DNA of 54,233 nucleotides, from contig CAUCBQ010000001.1 in assembly GCA_958441075.1 (NCBI GenBank), positions 1-54,233 of the forward strand. The letters are read 5' to 3'. This stretch comes from an uncultured Clostridiaceae bacterium (GTDB lineage Bacteria > Bacillota > Clostridia > Lachnospirales > Lachnospiraceae). Below the pieces are notes generated by a model. The model had not been told where the DNA came from, made no database searches, and saw only the letters and a program-made list of their open reading frames with translations. Below, piece by piece: positions 1-10,047 of this stretch. The position numbers and the translations under genes are program-made. Position 1 is the stretch's first letter; every line of letters starts with the position of its first letter.

Positions 1-30
1 TTTTCAGGGTTTTACATACTGTTTAATCTT

Positions 31-46
31 CAATTTTCAAGGATCT
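31..46 (-). promoter_or_regulatory. boxA-like antitermination motif of a probable rRNA operon leader
   Basis: Minus strand reads AGATCCTTGAAAATTG just downstream of three strong tandem promoters, resembling the Firmicute rrn boxA (GTTCTTTGAAAA-like). The rRNA itself is outside the window. Confidence 0.6.
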
Positions 47-73
47 TTGCTGTTGCTCACAAGCAACTTTGAT

Positions 74-102
74 AGTTTATCATAAGTCGTTTTGTTTGTC
101 AA
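74..102 (-). promoter_or_regulatory. sigma-A promoter (rrn-type, most downstream)
   Basis: TTGACA (102-97), 17 bp, TGa-TAAACT (79-74), with an A-rich UP-like tract upstream. Confidence 0.8.
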
Positions 103-157
103 CAACTTTTTTATTTTATTTTTTGTTGTTGTTTTTATTTTCAACAGCAACTTTTAT

Positions 158-186
158 ATCTTATCACAAGCAGCTGTATCTGTCAA
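158..186 (-). promoter_or_regulatory. sigma-A promoter (rrn-type, middle)
   Basis: TTGACA (186-181), 17 bp, TGa-TAAGAT (163-158). Confidence 0.8.
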
Positions 187-240
187 CAACTTTTTGATCT
201 TTTTTCAAGATCATTTCCACTGTTTTCGCAGTGGAACTAT

Positions 241-269
241 AATATAGCATTTTACTGTTTAAATGTCAA
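241..269 (-). promoter_or_regulatory. sigma-A promoter (rrn-type, most upstream)
   Basis: TTGACA (269-264), 17 bp, TGc-TATATT (246-241). Confidence 0.75.
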
Positions 270-461
270 GGGAATTTGTCCCATTTTTTTAAACAATTTT
301 TAACCGGATTTTACATTCAAATCACTGACGCTATATATGCCCATTTTACAGGTCCGCTTCTATATCCAGCGGTTTTATAATCAGGCCAGTCAAAATAACT
401 CCAGGCCGATTGATACCTGAATTGTTTGAATTGAAGATATTGTTGATGTAATATGTATATT

Positions 462-494
462 AAAAATGCGCTCCCGTAAATACACGGCAGCGCA
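462..494 (-). terminator. intrinsic terminator after cvpA-family gene
   Basis: TGCGCT/CCGT stem followed by a T5 tract on the minus strand. Confidence 0.6.
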
Positions 495-509
495 AATATG
501 CAGTCTTTA

Positions 510-1226
510 CTAAAATTTCCCTCTTATAAAGCTGCTAAGCACAAAATCCAAAGGATTATATTGATATAGAAAAGACAGCCAGTCGCTGGCATTAATCTGC
601 TGTTCAAGAAACTGTCCCACAGGTGCAGCCCCAAAAAACTTCAGCACAACTCCGGCAATCCATAAAATCAGAAGTCCCTGAGCCAATCCCATAATAGCTC
701 CTGCCAGCTGATTTAAACCGCATATAACGGGAAGCCGTGCAATTAAATCCATCCACCGGATCAAAACACGAATCAAAGCATAACTCATTACAAAAATAAG
801 CGCACTGCAGACTGCATGAATCACCATATCTGCCAGACAGGTGGTGATATATTCTGCAAACCGATCCACTCCCAGAATATTATAAAACTCGCTGTTGTTA
901 TTTTCAATCAGAATATCCTTTATGGTCTGGGGCAATTTCAGCCCTTCAATGATCGTTCTCTGAGACGCAGGAGCTTGTACATCTCCCTCCCCTGCTTCTT
1001 CCCAGCCAGATACTGCCAAAATAACCTCCGCTGCCCGACCGCGTATCTGAGGATTGGTTTCAATAAATTCTGTCACTGTCGGTGTAGCTATTTTTACAAA
1101 ACAAAGGGTAAGCACCAGCGCACCTACAGAAACACATTGCCTTAAAAATCCTCTGTGGTGACCATACAAAACCATCCCTATTAAAAATACGGCTGCCGCA
1201 ATGGGCAGCCAATGTTCCATCATCAT
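510..1226 (-). CDS. CvpA (colicin V production) family membrane protein
   Basis: N-terminal GxxRGF motif, C-terminal 'LNQLAGAIMGLAQG' motif, several hydrophobic helices. Confidence 0.8.
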   Translation of the reverse strand: MMMEHWLPIAAAVFLIGMVLYGHHRGFLRQCVSVGALVLTLCFVKIATPTVTEFIETNPQIRGRAAEVILAVSGWEEAGEGDVQAPASQRTIIEGLKLPQTIKDILIENNNSEFYNILGVDRFAEYITTCLADMVIHAVCSALIFVMSYALIRVLIRWMDLIARLPVICGLNQLAGAIMGLAQGLLILWIAGVVLKFFGAAPVGQFLEQQINASDWLSFLYQYNPLDFVLSSFIRGKF

Positions 1227-1249
1227 GCCTGTACTTCTTTCAGTCTTTA

Positions 1250-2080
1250 TTATGTGAGTACCCAGGTTCGGATGGCAGCTGCCACTCCGTCCTGGTCATT
1301 TGTAAGTGTTACCTCATCTGCTGCTTCTTTTATCTGGTCAGAAGCATTTCCCATAGCAACCCCAATTCCAGCTGCTTTAAGCATAGAAATATCATTTTCT
1401 CCATCTCCAAAGGCCATGGTTTCTTCTCTGGGGATGCCAAGATAGTCTGCCAACCATAAAAGCGCATTTCCCTTTGTGGCCTCTTCTGCATTTATTTCCA
1501 GATTATTATACATGGACGAGCTGATGGCAAGTCCCCCAACAGCAGACAGCTTCTCCCGCAAAACTTCCTTATCTGAAAGATCTGCCAGAAAAATATTTAT
1601 CTTCTCAGCGCAATTTTTTGTTTCTGTCATATACTGATAAACATCCGGCACTACATCTCTGGTCGCCCGAACCAGCTTTTGAACCGCGGGACTTATTCCA
1701 AATTCTTCCATATGTTCGAAGAAACTGGGCTGCGTAATACCGCGGCCCTGTACATATGGGTCATACATAACATGATAATGTCTTACTATATCCAGAATCC
1801 TAAGAGCCTGTTCATTGGAAAGAACACACTGGCTTAACCGCTTCCCGGTTTCCAGATCAACCACTGCTCCCCCATTGGTTGTAATGGCATAGCGAACTCC
1901 GGGAATCGAACGAAGCTTCTCCGGAATCCCATCCGCAGGGCGTCCGGTGGTTGGTACAACCTGTATGCCCTGACGAGTACATTCCGCCAAAGCCTGTATA
2001 TTGTTCTCTGACAACCGCTTCTGATCATCTAAAAGTGTACCGTCCAAATCCAGTGCAATCAGACGAATCTGTTTTTTCAT
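1250..2080 (-). CDS. Cof-type HAD-IIB family hydrolase
   Basis: DLDGTLL motif I, TTGR motif II, KG...AFGDGENDISM motifs III/IV. Confidence 0.92.
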   Translation of the reverse strand: MKKQIRLIALDLDGTLLDDQKRLSENNIQALAECTRQGIQVVPTTGRPADGIPEKLRSIPGVRYAITTNGGAVVDLETGKRLSQCVLSNEQALRILDIVRHYHVMYDPYVQGRGITQPSFFEHMEEFGISPAVQKLVRATRDVVPDVYQYMTETKNCAEKINIFLADLSDKEVLREKLSAVGGLAISSSMYNNLEINAEEATKGNALLWLADYLGIPREETMAFGDGENDISMLKAAGIGVAMGNASDQIKEAADEVTLTNDQDGVAAAIRTWVLT

Positions 2081-4122
2081 ATAAAATGCTCCTCTTTTAA
2101 AATAAGAAGTCCTGCTTTGTCATATTTGGAAGAGAAAATCCCTGTCATCTTTTTAATCAATGACGGATTTTCCGCTTTATCTGCTGCCTCTTCAATCAAA
2201 GCCTCTGCCGCAGCCTTTGTCAGCTTTTCTCCATCCTCTTCCATGATTTCAATTCTCTCATAAAGAGCCAGCATACTCTTACCGGAAATACTGCAGTCAA
2301 TACTGCTGGCATATTCACAGGCATATTTTGCAAATTCATCAATATCCATTTCCTGCTCCGGTTCCTCAAAAACCGGCTCTTTCACAGGCTGTACCGGAGG
2401 TTCCGGAACAAGAGGAATCACTTGTCTGCGTTTAGGGGCAGCCGGCTTCTCCTCCTTTTCAGCATCAGACGGCTGAACGGCCGCCTGATACGCAGGACGG
2501 GACGGAAGAATATCATCCGCTTTCTCTGCATCTTCCTGTTCAGCAACCGTCTTTTGCGGAAGAACGGGCGCTGTGGATGCAGGGTCTTCATGAAGCTTCA
2601 CCGCGCGGACCGGACGGATATCCGGCTCTATGTTTCTGGTCTGCTCCTCTACAGAGGTTCCAATACACTCAAAACGCTTTGCCAGCCCCGGATATGTTCT
2701 GTGGAGTTCTTCCAGACGCTCCGCCGTATCAATCAGCACAACGCTCATACCTGTCTCATCTCTTGCCATAAGCTGATTAAGCTCCTGGAGGATGGATTCA
2801 TTCATATCTCCAGCCTGTTCAATAATCAGATCTTTTCCGGTAAGCTTGTCAGACAGCGTAAAAATTCCTCTGTTATTTAAGCGGGAACCTGTAATCTTTG
2901 CTGCCTGATTCTTAGCTCCTGTTTCCTGATGAATCCGTTTTAACGTCTTTACAGCCAGTTCAAAACCCTTTTCAGGTTCATCCGCTTCGATCATCAGATG
3001 ATTGGAGCCGCTGTATATCGGTCCTTTTTTTAAATGGCGTATATCGGTCAGAACCTGAGTCTGTGCTGCCTGAGTTTCTTCACTGTATCCGTGTTCCTCT
3101 GCCAGACGGGACATCTCCTTTGCAAGATCTTCCTGCACCTCAGCCTCATGTATCCGCGCACGAAGGGTCTCGTCTTCTCCCGCAGATGGCTGGGATACCG
3201 CAGCCGGTTCAGAAGCCATTTCCTGCTCACTGTCAGTTTCTGGCTCTTCCTCCTCCGATTCCTGCACAGCCTCAGAAGAGGCCGGTTCTTCCCCGATCTC
3301 TTCATCCGCAGATACCATCTCATGCTGCTCCTCAGGCTCCTCCCAAATATCCTCTTCCGGTTCAGGTTCTTTTGTATAGGCCGCTTCCTGCTGATACATA
3401 GAATCAGCCTCTGTCTCCGGCTCCTCCTGTGTATTATCCTCATCAATCGGAAGAACCATAGGCTTTTTCTTATTGTACTCTTTTTCCACGGCCTTTAACC
3501 GCGCCTCATACTTACCCTTGTTTTCCACCAGATCCATCTGATACTCTGTAAGGGGGGCATACTGAACCTTTAAATCAATCGCCTTATCTACATACTTTCC
3601 TGTACCGAACATAAGCATAATCTTATCACAGGTCATCACACAAAGCTGCTCCATATGAGCCGCATTGTAAAGCTCTGCCAGTTCATAAAGCCATTTCTCA
3701 TCCAGCTCTACATTGCAGTACTGCTCCAGAGTATGAATCAGCTGTTCTACCGGGGCTCCCTTGGCTCCCAAAATCAAATACCGCAAAATATACTGCCTGG
3801 GGTCTTCCGGAGCCAGCTCGCAAAATTCCCGGTAATAATCCTCTGCTTCATCCGGACTTCCCTCTTTGATTGCCAGTTCTGCCAGCTTATACAAAAGGCG
3901 TTTTCCCATAGGTGCCCGCTCAAAGGCCAAAAGAAGAATATCCTTTGCCTCCTGATATTCTCTATTTTTTTCATAAACCCCGGAAACCATGGACAGGATA
4001 TTGATATTGCGGACTCTTCTCCAGTCAATGGTATCCGCAATCTTCATAGCTGTCTCAAAATCTTCTGAGGCAATCTTCTTCTTAATCTGATCAATCCTTA
4101 AATTAAACTCATATTTATCCAT
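2077..4122 (-). CDS. TPR-repeat protein with acidic linker and degenerate CbbX/SpoVK-like AAA+ domain
   Basis: Helical TPR-like N-terminus, E/P-rich linker, then NHLMIEAD...LIIEQAG...YPGLAKRF resembling an AAA+ core. Start moved to ATG 4122 on RBS spacing (GGGAG). Confidence 0.7.
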   Translation of the reverse strand: MDKYEFNLRIDQIKKKIASEDFETAMKIADTIDWRRVRNINILSMVSGVYEKNREYQEAKDILLLAFERAPMGKRLLYKLAELAIKEGSPDEAEDYYREFCELAPEDPRQYILRYLILGAKGAPVEQLIHTLEQYCNVELDEKWLYELAELYNAAHMEQLCVMTCDKIMLMFGTGKYVDKAIDLKVQYAPLTEYQMDLVENKGKYEARLKAVEKEYNKKKPMVLPIDEDNTQEEPETEADSMYQQEAAYTKEPEPEEDIWEEPEEQHEMVSADEEIGEEPASSEAVQESEEEEPETDSEQEMASEPAAVSQPSAGEDETLRARIHEAEVQEDLAKEMSRLAEEHGYSEETQAAQTQVLTDIRHLKKGPIYSGSNHLMIEADEPEKGFELAVKTLKRIHQETGAKNQAAKITGSRLNNRGIFTLSDKLTGKDLIIEQAGDMNESILQELNQLMARDETGMSVVLIDTAERLEELHRTYPGLAKRFECIGTSVEEQTRNIEPDIRPVRAVKLHEDPASTAPVLPQKTVAEQEDAEKADDILPSRPAYQAAVQPSDAEKEEKPAAPKRRQVIPLVPEPPVQPVKEPVFEEPEQEMDIDEFAKYACEYASSIDCSISGKSMLALYERIEIMEEDGEKLTKAAAEALIEEAADKAENPSLIKKMTGIFSSKYDKAGLLILKEEHFI

Positions 4123-4152
4123 CTTATGCATCTCCCTGCCGTAAGCGGCATT

Positions 4153-4749
4153 TTAAAGCTCGGTCCTTCCTTCCAGTGCCCGAAGCAGCGTTACTTCGTC
4201 AATGTATTCCAGATCTCCGCCTACGGGCACACCGCTGGCAATCCGGGTAACTTTAATTCCGGTAGGCTTTATCAGCTTGCTGATATACATAGCTGTCGTT
4301 TCACCTTCCAGACTGGAATTGGTTGCAATAATAACTTCCTCCACATCAGACTGAAGGCGCTGCATCAGCTCCTTCAGCTTAATATCATTGGGGCCAATCC
4401 CCAACATGGGGGAAATAGCTCCATGGAGTACATGGTAGACTCCGTTATATTTGCCGGTTTTCTCATAGGCCGCCAGGTCACGGGTATTTTCCACCACCAT
4501 AATAGTGCTGTGGTCGCGTTTTGCACTGCTGCAAATCGGGCAAAGTTCTTTGTCTGTGAGCGTAAAACACTCTTTGCAGTAGCGTACATTATTTCTGGCG
4601 CCTGTCATGGCTCCTGCCAACTGTTCTACCTGCTCCTTAGGCATATTTATGATATGAAATGCAAGTCGCTGGGCAGATTTTGCGCCTACTCCGGGGAGCT
4701 TGGACAATTCTTCGATCAGCCTGCTGATCTGACTGCTGTAATAATCCAT
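4153..4749 (-). CDS. recR: recombination mediator RecR
   Basis: [11 protein letters not shown]hH, CxxC...CxxC zinc finger, Toprim region, [10 protein letters not shown]. Confidence 0.97.
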   Translation of the reverse strand: MDYYSSQISRLIEELSKLPGVGAKSAQRLAFHIINMPKEQVEQLAGAMTGARNNVRYCKECFTLTDKELCPICSSAKRDHSTIMVVENTRDLAAYEKTGKYNGVYHVLHGAISPMLGIGPNDIKLKELMQRLQSDVEEVIIATNSSLEGETTAMYISKLIKPTGIKVTRIASGVPVGGDLEYIDEVTLLRALEGRTEL

Positions 4750-5105
4750 CAGAAGGGAAAGCCTCCGCCCAGGGCGCCGCCCAGTCCGCCGGTCAGTCTG
4801 GACATAGCCTCTGCACTGTCAGCCTCCATCTGGCGGAATGCCTCATTAGTGGCTGCCACAATCAGATCCTGAAGCATCTCAATATCATCCGGATCAACCA
4901 CCTCTTCTGCCAGCTTAACAGAAACTACTTCCTTTTTTCCGGACACTGTTACGGTTACGGCCCCGCCGCCTGCTGCTGCTGTGTACTCCTTTTCCTCTAA
5001 TGCCTTTGTTGTTTCCTCCATCTGGCGCTGCATACGCTGTGCCTGCTTCATAAGATTATTCATATTTCCCGGCATACCGCCTGGGAATCCGCCACGTTTT
5101 GCCAT
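4749..5105 (-). CDS. YbaB/EbfC family nucleoid-associated protein
   Basis: [12 protein letters not shown]...AGGGAVTV...[15 protein letters not shown]; lies between dnaX and recR. Start reset to ATG 5105 after AGGAGG. Confidence 0.95.
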   Translation of the reverse strand: MAKRGGFPGGMPGNMNNLMKQAQRMQRQMEETTKALEEKEYTAAAGGGAVTVTVSGKKEVVSVKLAEEVVDPDDIEMLQDLIVAATNEAFRQMEADSAEAMSRLTGGLGGALGGGFPF

Positions 5106-5163
5106 GGTATTGTTCCTCCTCTTTCTGCTTTGGCCTCTGGGGCCTGTTTTATATGAAAATGTG

Positions 5164-6873
5164 TCAGTCTTCGTAAGTAATATCCATATGGATCTTTTCT
5201 TCCAAATCCTCTTTTGTAACGTAAATCGTATCCAGACGTTCGCCCCGGCCAGCCAGTCTGGTCTTAAAATAAATGGATTTGCCGTAGGCAGCCTCCACCT
5301 TGCGCTCCAACTCCCCAATCACAGTGGGGCGCTTCCCCATATCATAGCTCATAGAGTCTAAAAATACAATGGTAAGACAGCCTTCGCCTCCTGGTTCCAC
5401 CATAGTGTCCCTCAGATAAGACCTGGCTCCGCCGCCGATACTGCGGACAATTTTCGCCCATTCATTGCGGATCAGGTTCAGATCCTCCAGCTGGGCCTTC
5501 GGAAGCGAAACCGTTTCTGCCGGTGAAGACAAAACTGCCGGAGCTGCTGACTGCTGACCGCCTGCAGGATCAGGTCCGGCGGACGGCTGACCGGAAAAAC
5601 CGGATGCTCCTGACGGCATACTGCCCGGAAAGGCAGATACACCCGTTGGCTGACCGTCTGAAGTTCCATAAGCTGCCGCACCGTAAGCCGCCTGTCCGGC
5701 GCTGATTTCTCTTGCCTCTATATCCTCTAACTGCTCCTCCAGCTGATGAATACGCTGTAAAACAGAATCCAGATCCGGCTCCATAGCCGGGTGTGTCAGA
5801 CGAATCAAAGCCACTTCCAGCAAAACACGCTTCTGGCTTGCATAACGCAGTTGATTGGACAGGTCCGAAAATACCCGGATATAACGCATGAGGGTATTCC
5901 CATCTGCCCTGGTGCAGTCTTCCTTCAGCTGCTTTAAATTCTCCTCGGACAGATCCACCAGGCCCTCCGGATCATCTGCACTCTGAACCAGAAGGAGATT
6001 CCGCAGATACCAGATAAAATCTGTAACAAACTGTCCCAACTCACGGCCCTGAATTACAATTTCTTCCAGTTCTGTGATACAGTCTCTGGTTCTTCCCTCT
6101 GTAACCGCATTGAACATACGGCTGAATACGCTGGAATCTACCGCTCCAAGAACCTCAAGGGCATTTTCATAGGTAAGAAGCCTTCCATAATGAAAGGCAA
6201 CACACTGATCCAAAAGACTCAATGCATCACGCAGAGAACCGTCAGCAGCCTTTGCAATATACATTAACGCTTTATCCTCTGCCTGAATCTGTTCCGCCTG
6301 TGTCAGCTCTCTTAACCTGTCTGCAATGGTTTCCAGAGAAATTCGCTTAAAATCATACCTCTGACACCGGGATAAAATCGTAATGGGTATCTTGTGAACC
6401 TCAGTAGTTGCCAGAATAAAAATCACATAGGACGGCGGCTCCTCCAATGTTTTTAACAAAGCATTAAACGCTCCTATAGAGAGCATATGAACCTCGTCAA
6501 TGATGTAAACTCTGTATTTTCCCTCTGTAGGGGGATACTGCACCTGTTCTCTGATATCACGGATGTTTTCCACACCATTATTGGATGCTGCATCAATCTC
6601 CACTACATTCATAGAGCTTCCCTCTAAAATGGAGCGGCAGGATGCACACTGGTTGCACGGGCTTCCGTCTATGGGATGCTCACAGTTTACCGCCCTGGCA
6701 TAAATTTTAGCGATACTGGTTTTTCCTGTACCTCTGGTTCCGCAGAACAGATATGCATGACCAATCCTGTCTGAGGTAATCTGGTTTTTTAGTGTCTGTA
6801 CCACCGGGTCCTGACCCTTAACGTCCTCAAAGGACGAAGGGCGCCACTTCCGGTATAAAGCCATATACGACAT
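5164..6873 (-). CDS. dnaX: DNA polymerase III subunit gamma/tau
   Basis: LYRKWRP, GTRGTGKTS Walker A, EIDAASN, IIDEVHML, SRCQ. Confidence 0.97.
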   Translation of the reverse strand: MSYMALYRKWRPSSFEDVKGQDPVVQTLKNQITSDRIGHAYLFCGTRGTGKTSIAKIYARAVNCEHPIDGSPCNQCASCRSILEGSSMNVVEIDAASNNGVENIRDIREQVQYPPTEGKYRVYIIDEVHMLSIGAFNALLKTLEEPPSYVIFILATTEVHKIPITILSRCQRYDFKRISLETIADRLRELTQAEQIQAEDKALMYIAKAADGSLRDALSLLDQCVAFHYGRLLTYENALEVLGAVDSSVFSRMFNAVTEGRTRDCITELEEIVIQGRELGQFVTDFIWYLRNLLLVQSADDPEGLVDLSEENLKQLKEDCTRADGNTLMRYIRVFSDLSNQLRYASQKRVLLEVALIRLTHPAMEPDLDSVLQRIHQLEEQLEDIEAREISAGQAAYGAAAYGTSDGQPTGVSAFPGSMPSGASGFSGQPSAGPDPAGGQQSAAPAVLSSPAETVSLPKAQLEDLNLIRNEWAKIVRSIGGGARSYLRDTMVEPGGEGCLTIVFLDSMSYDMGKRPTVIGELERKVEAAYGKSIYFKTRLAGRGERLDTIYVTKEDLEEKIHMDITYED

Positions 6874-6885
6874 AGGGCCTGCTCC

Positions 6886-7980
6886 TTATTCGTCTCCGAA
6901 ACTGATCCCAATCATTTTAGCTTCCTTTATCATGGAACAGTCTGGATCTACGGTCTTTAATTTACCCGCCACCTCAGAGAGAGGCACTTTGGTAATCTCA
7001 TTATTTTTCAAAGCTACCATATAGCCGTATTCCTCATCTGCAATCAGTCTGGCTGCCGCTGCTCCCAGTCTGGTTGCAAGAACACGGTCATAAGGACATG
7101 GTTCCCCGCCCCTCTGCATATGTCCCGGAACTGTGACGCGGACTTCACTTCCAGTTACCTCCTGAATCCTGGCCCCGATCTCATAAGCAACAGACGGATA
7201 GACCACTCTGTTCTTCTTCTTTTCTTTTAATTCCTTCTTGGTCATGCTGGCATCCTCTTTTGATATGGCTCCCTCTGCCACTGCCAGGATGGAAAAACGC
7301 TTGCCTGCCCTGGAGCGCTTTGTGATCGCATCGCAGACTACGTTAATGTCATATGGAATTTCAGGAAGAAGGATAATATCGGCCCCTCCCGAAATACCTG
7401 CATAAAGGGTAAGCCAGCCTACCTTATGGCCCATAACCTCTACGATAAAAACACGGCCATGGGACGCGGCTGTGGTATGGATACAGTCAATAGCATTGGT
7501 AGCAATCTCCACTGCACTGTGAAACCCAAAGGTCATATCGGTTCCCCAAAGGTCATTATCTATCGTTTTGGGAAGAGAAACTACATTAAGACCTTCCTCA
7601 CTGAGAAGATTGGCTGTTTTCTGGCTTCCGTTTCCGCCTAAGACTACCAGACAGCTGAGCTTCAGCTTACGGTAGGTGTGCTTCATAGATTCTACCTTGT
7701 CCAGACCATTCTCGTCCGGCACCCGCATCTGCTTAAAAGGCTGGCGTGAGGTTCCCAGGATCGTTCCTCCCTGGGTGAGAATACCGGAAAAATCAGAGGG
7801 CTTCATGATGTGATAATCCGCATACATCAGGCCCTTATAGCCGTCCTCGAAACCAATGATCTCTACATCATCAAACATATTGTATAAGGATTTTGCCACG
7901 CCGCGCATAGTGGCGTTTAATGCCTGGCAGTCGCCGCCGCTGGTTAAGATTCCTATTCTTCTCATATTGCGTTCCTCCAT
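6886..7980 (-). CDS. pfkA: 6-phosphofructokinase (group III type, probably ATP-dependent)
   Basis: TSGGD, GGTILGTSR, GGNGS, PKTIDND, EVMG, GHMQRGG motifs. Confidence 0.92.
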   Translation of the reverse strand: MEERNMRRIGILTSGGDCQALNATMRGVAKSLYNMFDDVEIIGFEDGYKGLMYADYHIMKPSDFSGILTQGGTILGTSRQPFKQMRVPDENGLDKVESMKHTYRKLKLSCLVVLGGNGSQKTANLLSEEGLNVVSLPKTIDNDLWGTDMTFGFHSAVEIATNAIDCIHTTAASHGRVFIVEVMGHKVGWLTLYAGISGGADIILLPEIPYDINVVCDAITKRSRAGKRFSILAVAEGAISKEDASMTKKELKEKKKNRVVYPSVAYEIGARIQEVTGSEVRVTVPGHMQRGGEPCPYDRVLATRLGAAAARLIADEEYGYMVALKNNEITKVPLSEVAGKLKTVDPDCSMIKEAKMIGISFGDE

Positions 7981-8056
7981 TTCAGAGTGTCAGACTCTGC
8001 ATATCCTCTTTTTTAACACCGATACACAGGAATGGTTATATTATACCCATTTTGTA

Positions 8057-8085
8057 ATTATAGCGCAAAGGGAATATGGGGGCAA
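8057..8085 (-). promoter_or_regulatory. sigma-A promoter of pfkA-dnaX operon
   Basis: TTGCCC (8085-8080), 17 bp, TATAAT (8062-8057). Confidence 0.55.
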
Positions 8086-8101
8086 GTGCAAAATGAAAAC
8101 G

Positions 8102-8150
8102 AAAAAAGACCTGAGAATGCATCGAAATCCACGCTGCTCTTTCTCAGGTC
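8102..8150 (-). terminator. intrinsic terminator of SRP RNA
   Basis: GACCTGAGAA/TTCTCAGGTC inverted repeat followed by T6 on the minus strand. Confidence 0.75.
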
Positions 8151-8170
8151 CCTCATATATTCATTATAAA

Positions 8171-8437
8171 ATCCACGCACCTTGCTTTGTGCAGGCATCA
8201 CGGACGTTACTCATGCAGTTAGCTCGATCCAGGCTGCCTTACGGCACACGAGAGCTTCTGCTTAGTGCTGCTACATTCCTGTCCTGACACGGTTCACAGA
8301 TTCCCGTTGCGTAAGACCCAAACGTCAACGCCACTTACACAAGGCAGCTCCGCAACGTGTTGCCCGAGGCAAGGTATCACCCCTGCTGGAGCGGATTGCA
8401 GGTTCAGGGCACCGCTATCTCCCCGGCTGCGTGGAAA
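8171..8437 (-). ncRNA. ffs: signal recognition particle RNA, large (Alu-containing) bacterial form
   Basis: Minus strand has the helix-8 core GAACCGTGTCAGG-ACA-GGAA-TGT-AGCAGCACTAAG, an Alu-like 5' part (GGGGAGATAGCGGTGCCCTGAACCTGCAATCCGCT) and complementary ends (CCACGCA / TGCGTGG); it lies upstream of dnaX. Ends are approximate. Confidence 0.93.
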
Positions 8438-8471
8438 GCTTATGACTGGGTTATAAATGAATTGCCTATTT

Positions 8472-8500
8472 AGTATAGCGTTGGGGGGCGGGTTTGTCAA
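8472..8500 (-). promoter_or_regulatory. sigma-A promoter of ffs
   Basis: TTGACA (8500-8495), 17 bp, TATACT (8477-8472). Confidence 0.8.
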
Positions 8501-8513
8501 GGCTATTTAAACC

Positions 8514-9662
8514 TTATCCATCAAACCGTGATGCCCGTATCACCCGAAACACCTGCTCCACCGTATCCGCCATATTGGATATGGCGTTTTGGGGATTCAT
8601 GGCTTCCTCCAGAGACACAACGGAACGAAGAATCGGGAAGAAGGCATCAATACCTGCGTCATTGCAGGCAGATGCGTCTCTCGTCACAGCACCCGCAAAG
8701 GCCAAAACCGGCTTTCCAAAAGTTTTGGCAAGACGGGCAACACCCTCCGGCGCTTTCCCCATAGCAGTCTGAGCGTCCATGCGTCCCTCTCCTGTAATTA
8801 CAATATCCGCATCCTTAATATAATCTGCCAGCCGGGTTTCCTCTAATACCAGCTTAATCCCGGATTCCAGCACTGCATTTGTAAACGAAAGAAATGCAAA
8901 TCCCAGACCGCCTGCCGCTCCCGTTCCCGGCTGATCAGGATCTGCTTGGGGGAAGGACTGACGGGCCAGAAGGGCATACCGCTCCAACCACCGGTCCATC
9001 TGGCGGGTCATCTCCGGATCAGCCCCCTTCTGAGGGCCGTAAACTGCACTGCAACCAAGATCACCGCAAAGCTTATTGGTTACATCGCAGGCAATATAGA
9101 ACTGGCAGTCTGCAAGTTCTGGAAGCACATTTTCTCCGGAAACGGTTTTTAAAAGCTCCAGTCCCCGTGCGCCATAGGGTACCTGTTTTCCTTCTTCATC
9201 CAGAAAATCATAACCCAGCGCCTGAAGCATTCCCACACCGCCGTCATTGGTTGCACTTCCGCCGATTCCCATGATAAAACGCCGGCAGCCTTTGTCCATG
9301 GCATCCCGGATCATTTCACCAACTCCATAGGTTGTAGTATAAAGAGGATTTCTCTTTTCCGGAGGCACTAATGTAATGCCCGCAGCCTGGGACATCTCCA
9401 TAATAGCCGTCTGTGTGCTTTCAATCATGCCATAACGTGCTGTAACAGGTTCTCCCAGCGGGCCGGTTACGGAAATTTCGTGAATCACTCCATTCATTCC
9501 CACTGCCAGGGCATCTACAGTCCCCTCTCCTCCATCCGCAAGAGGACGCACCTCTACCTGAGCGTCAGGATAAACACGATGGATTCCTGTCCGGATCGCA
9601 TTTCCCGCTTCCATAGATGAAAGACTTCCTTTAAATGAATCAATTGCAATCGTTACCTTCAT
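8514..9662 (-). CDS. glycerate kinase (GarK/GlxK family)
   Basis: DSFKGSL, ADGGEGT, GIGGSATNDGG, GPQKGA, GAAGGLG, TGEGRMD motifs. Confidence 0.95.
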   Translation of the reverse strand: MKVTIAIDSFKGSLSSMEAGNAIRTGIHRVYPDAQVEVRPLADGGEGTVDALAVGMNGVIHEISVTGPLGEPVTARYGMIESTQTAIMEMSQAAGITLVPPEKRNPLYTTTYGVGEMIRDAMDKGCRRFIMGIGGSATNDGGVGMLQALGYDFLDEEGKQVPYGARGLELLKTVSGENVLPELADCQFYIACDVTNKLCGDLGCSAVYGPQKGADPEMTRQMDRWLERYALLARQSFPQADPDQPGTGAAGGLGFAFLSFTNAVLESGIKLVLEETRLADYIKDADIVITGEGRMDAQTAMGKAPEGVARLAKTFGKPVLAFAGAVTRDASACNDAGIDAFFPILRSVVSLEEAMNPQNAISNMADTVEQVFRVIRASRFDG

Positions 9663-9854
9663 ATGAACTTCCTCCTTTACGGACCTGAATTTTCTGTTTT
9701 AATCTCTGTTTTCTCTTCTATTCTTCTATTGTAGCTGTAAAATGGGGAAATAGATATGTTATATATACTGTTTTTATGTTATAATTTGCTTTGTAATATA
9801 TTATCAGTAACAATATGGCAGAAATTACAGAAACATTCAAAGAAAGGAACGGCC

Positions 9855-10034
9855 ATGGCACAGACAAACTGCGAATCCTGCATGAATTACGAATACGATG
9901 AAGATTATGACTGTTATATCTGTACAAAGGATTTGGATGAGGATGAAATGGTTCGGTTTATCCGGGGAGAATTCAAAGACTGTCCTTACTATCGATTTGG
10001 AGACGAGTACCAGATTGTAAAAAAGCAGATCTGA
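9855..10034 (+). CDS. small Cys-rich acidic protein (DUF6472-like)
   Basis: 59 aa MAQTNCESC...C...LDEDE...CPYY...DEY..V.KQ, with an AAAGGA RBS. Confidence 0.75.
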   Translation: MAQTNCESCMNYEYDEDYDCYICTKDLDEDEMVRFIRGEFKDCPYYRFGDEYQIVKKQI

Positions 10035-10047
10035 CAGGAGGATATGG

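Noticed and set aside
4126..4872. 248-aa ORF antisense to recR (and similar long antisense ORFs, e.g. 21313-22011, 30161-30925, 46907-47551)
   Set aside because: Antisense shadows of conserved genes with no recognisable protein features
5164..6873. Programmed frameshift site producing the DnaX gamma subunit
   Set aside because: No A-AAA-AAG or long poly-A slippery run was seen in the linker region
8265..8500. Small ORFs over the SRP RNA region
   Set aside because: Fully explained by the ffs RNA gene and its promoter
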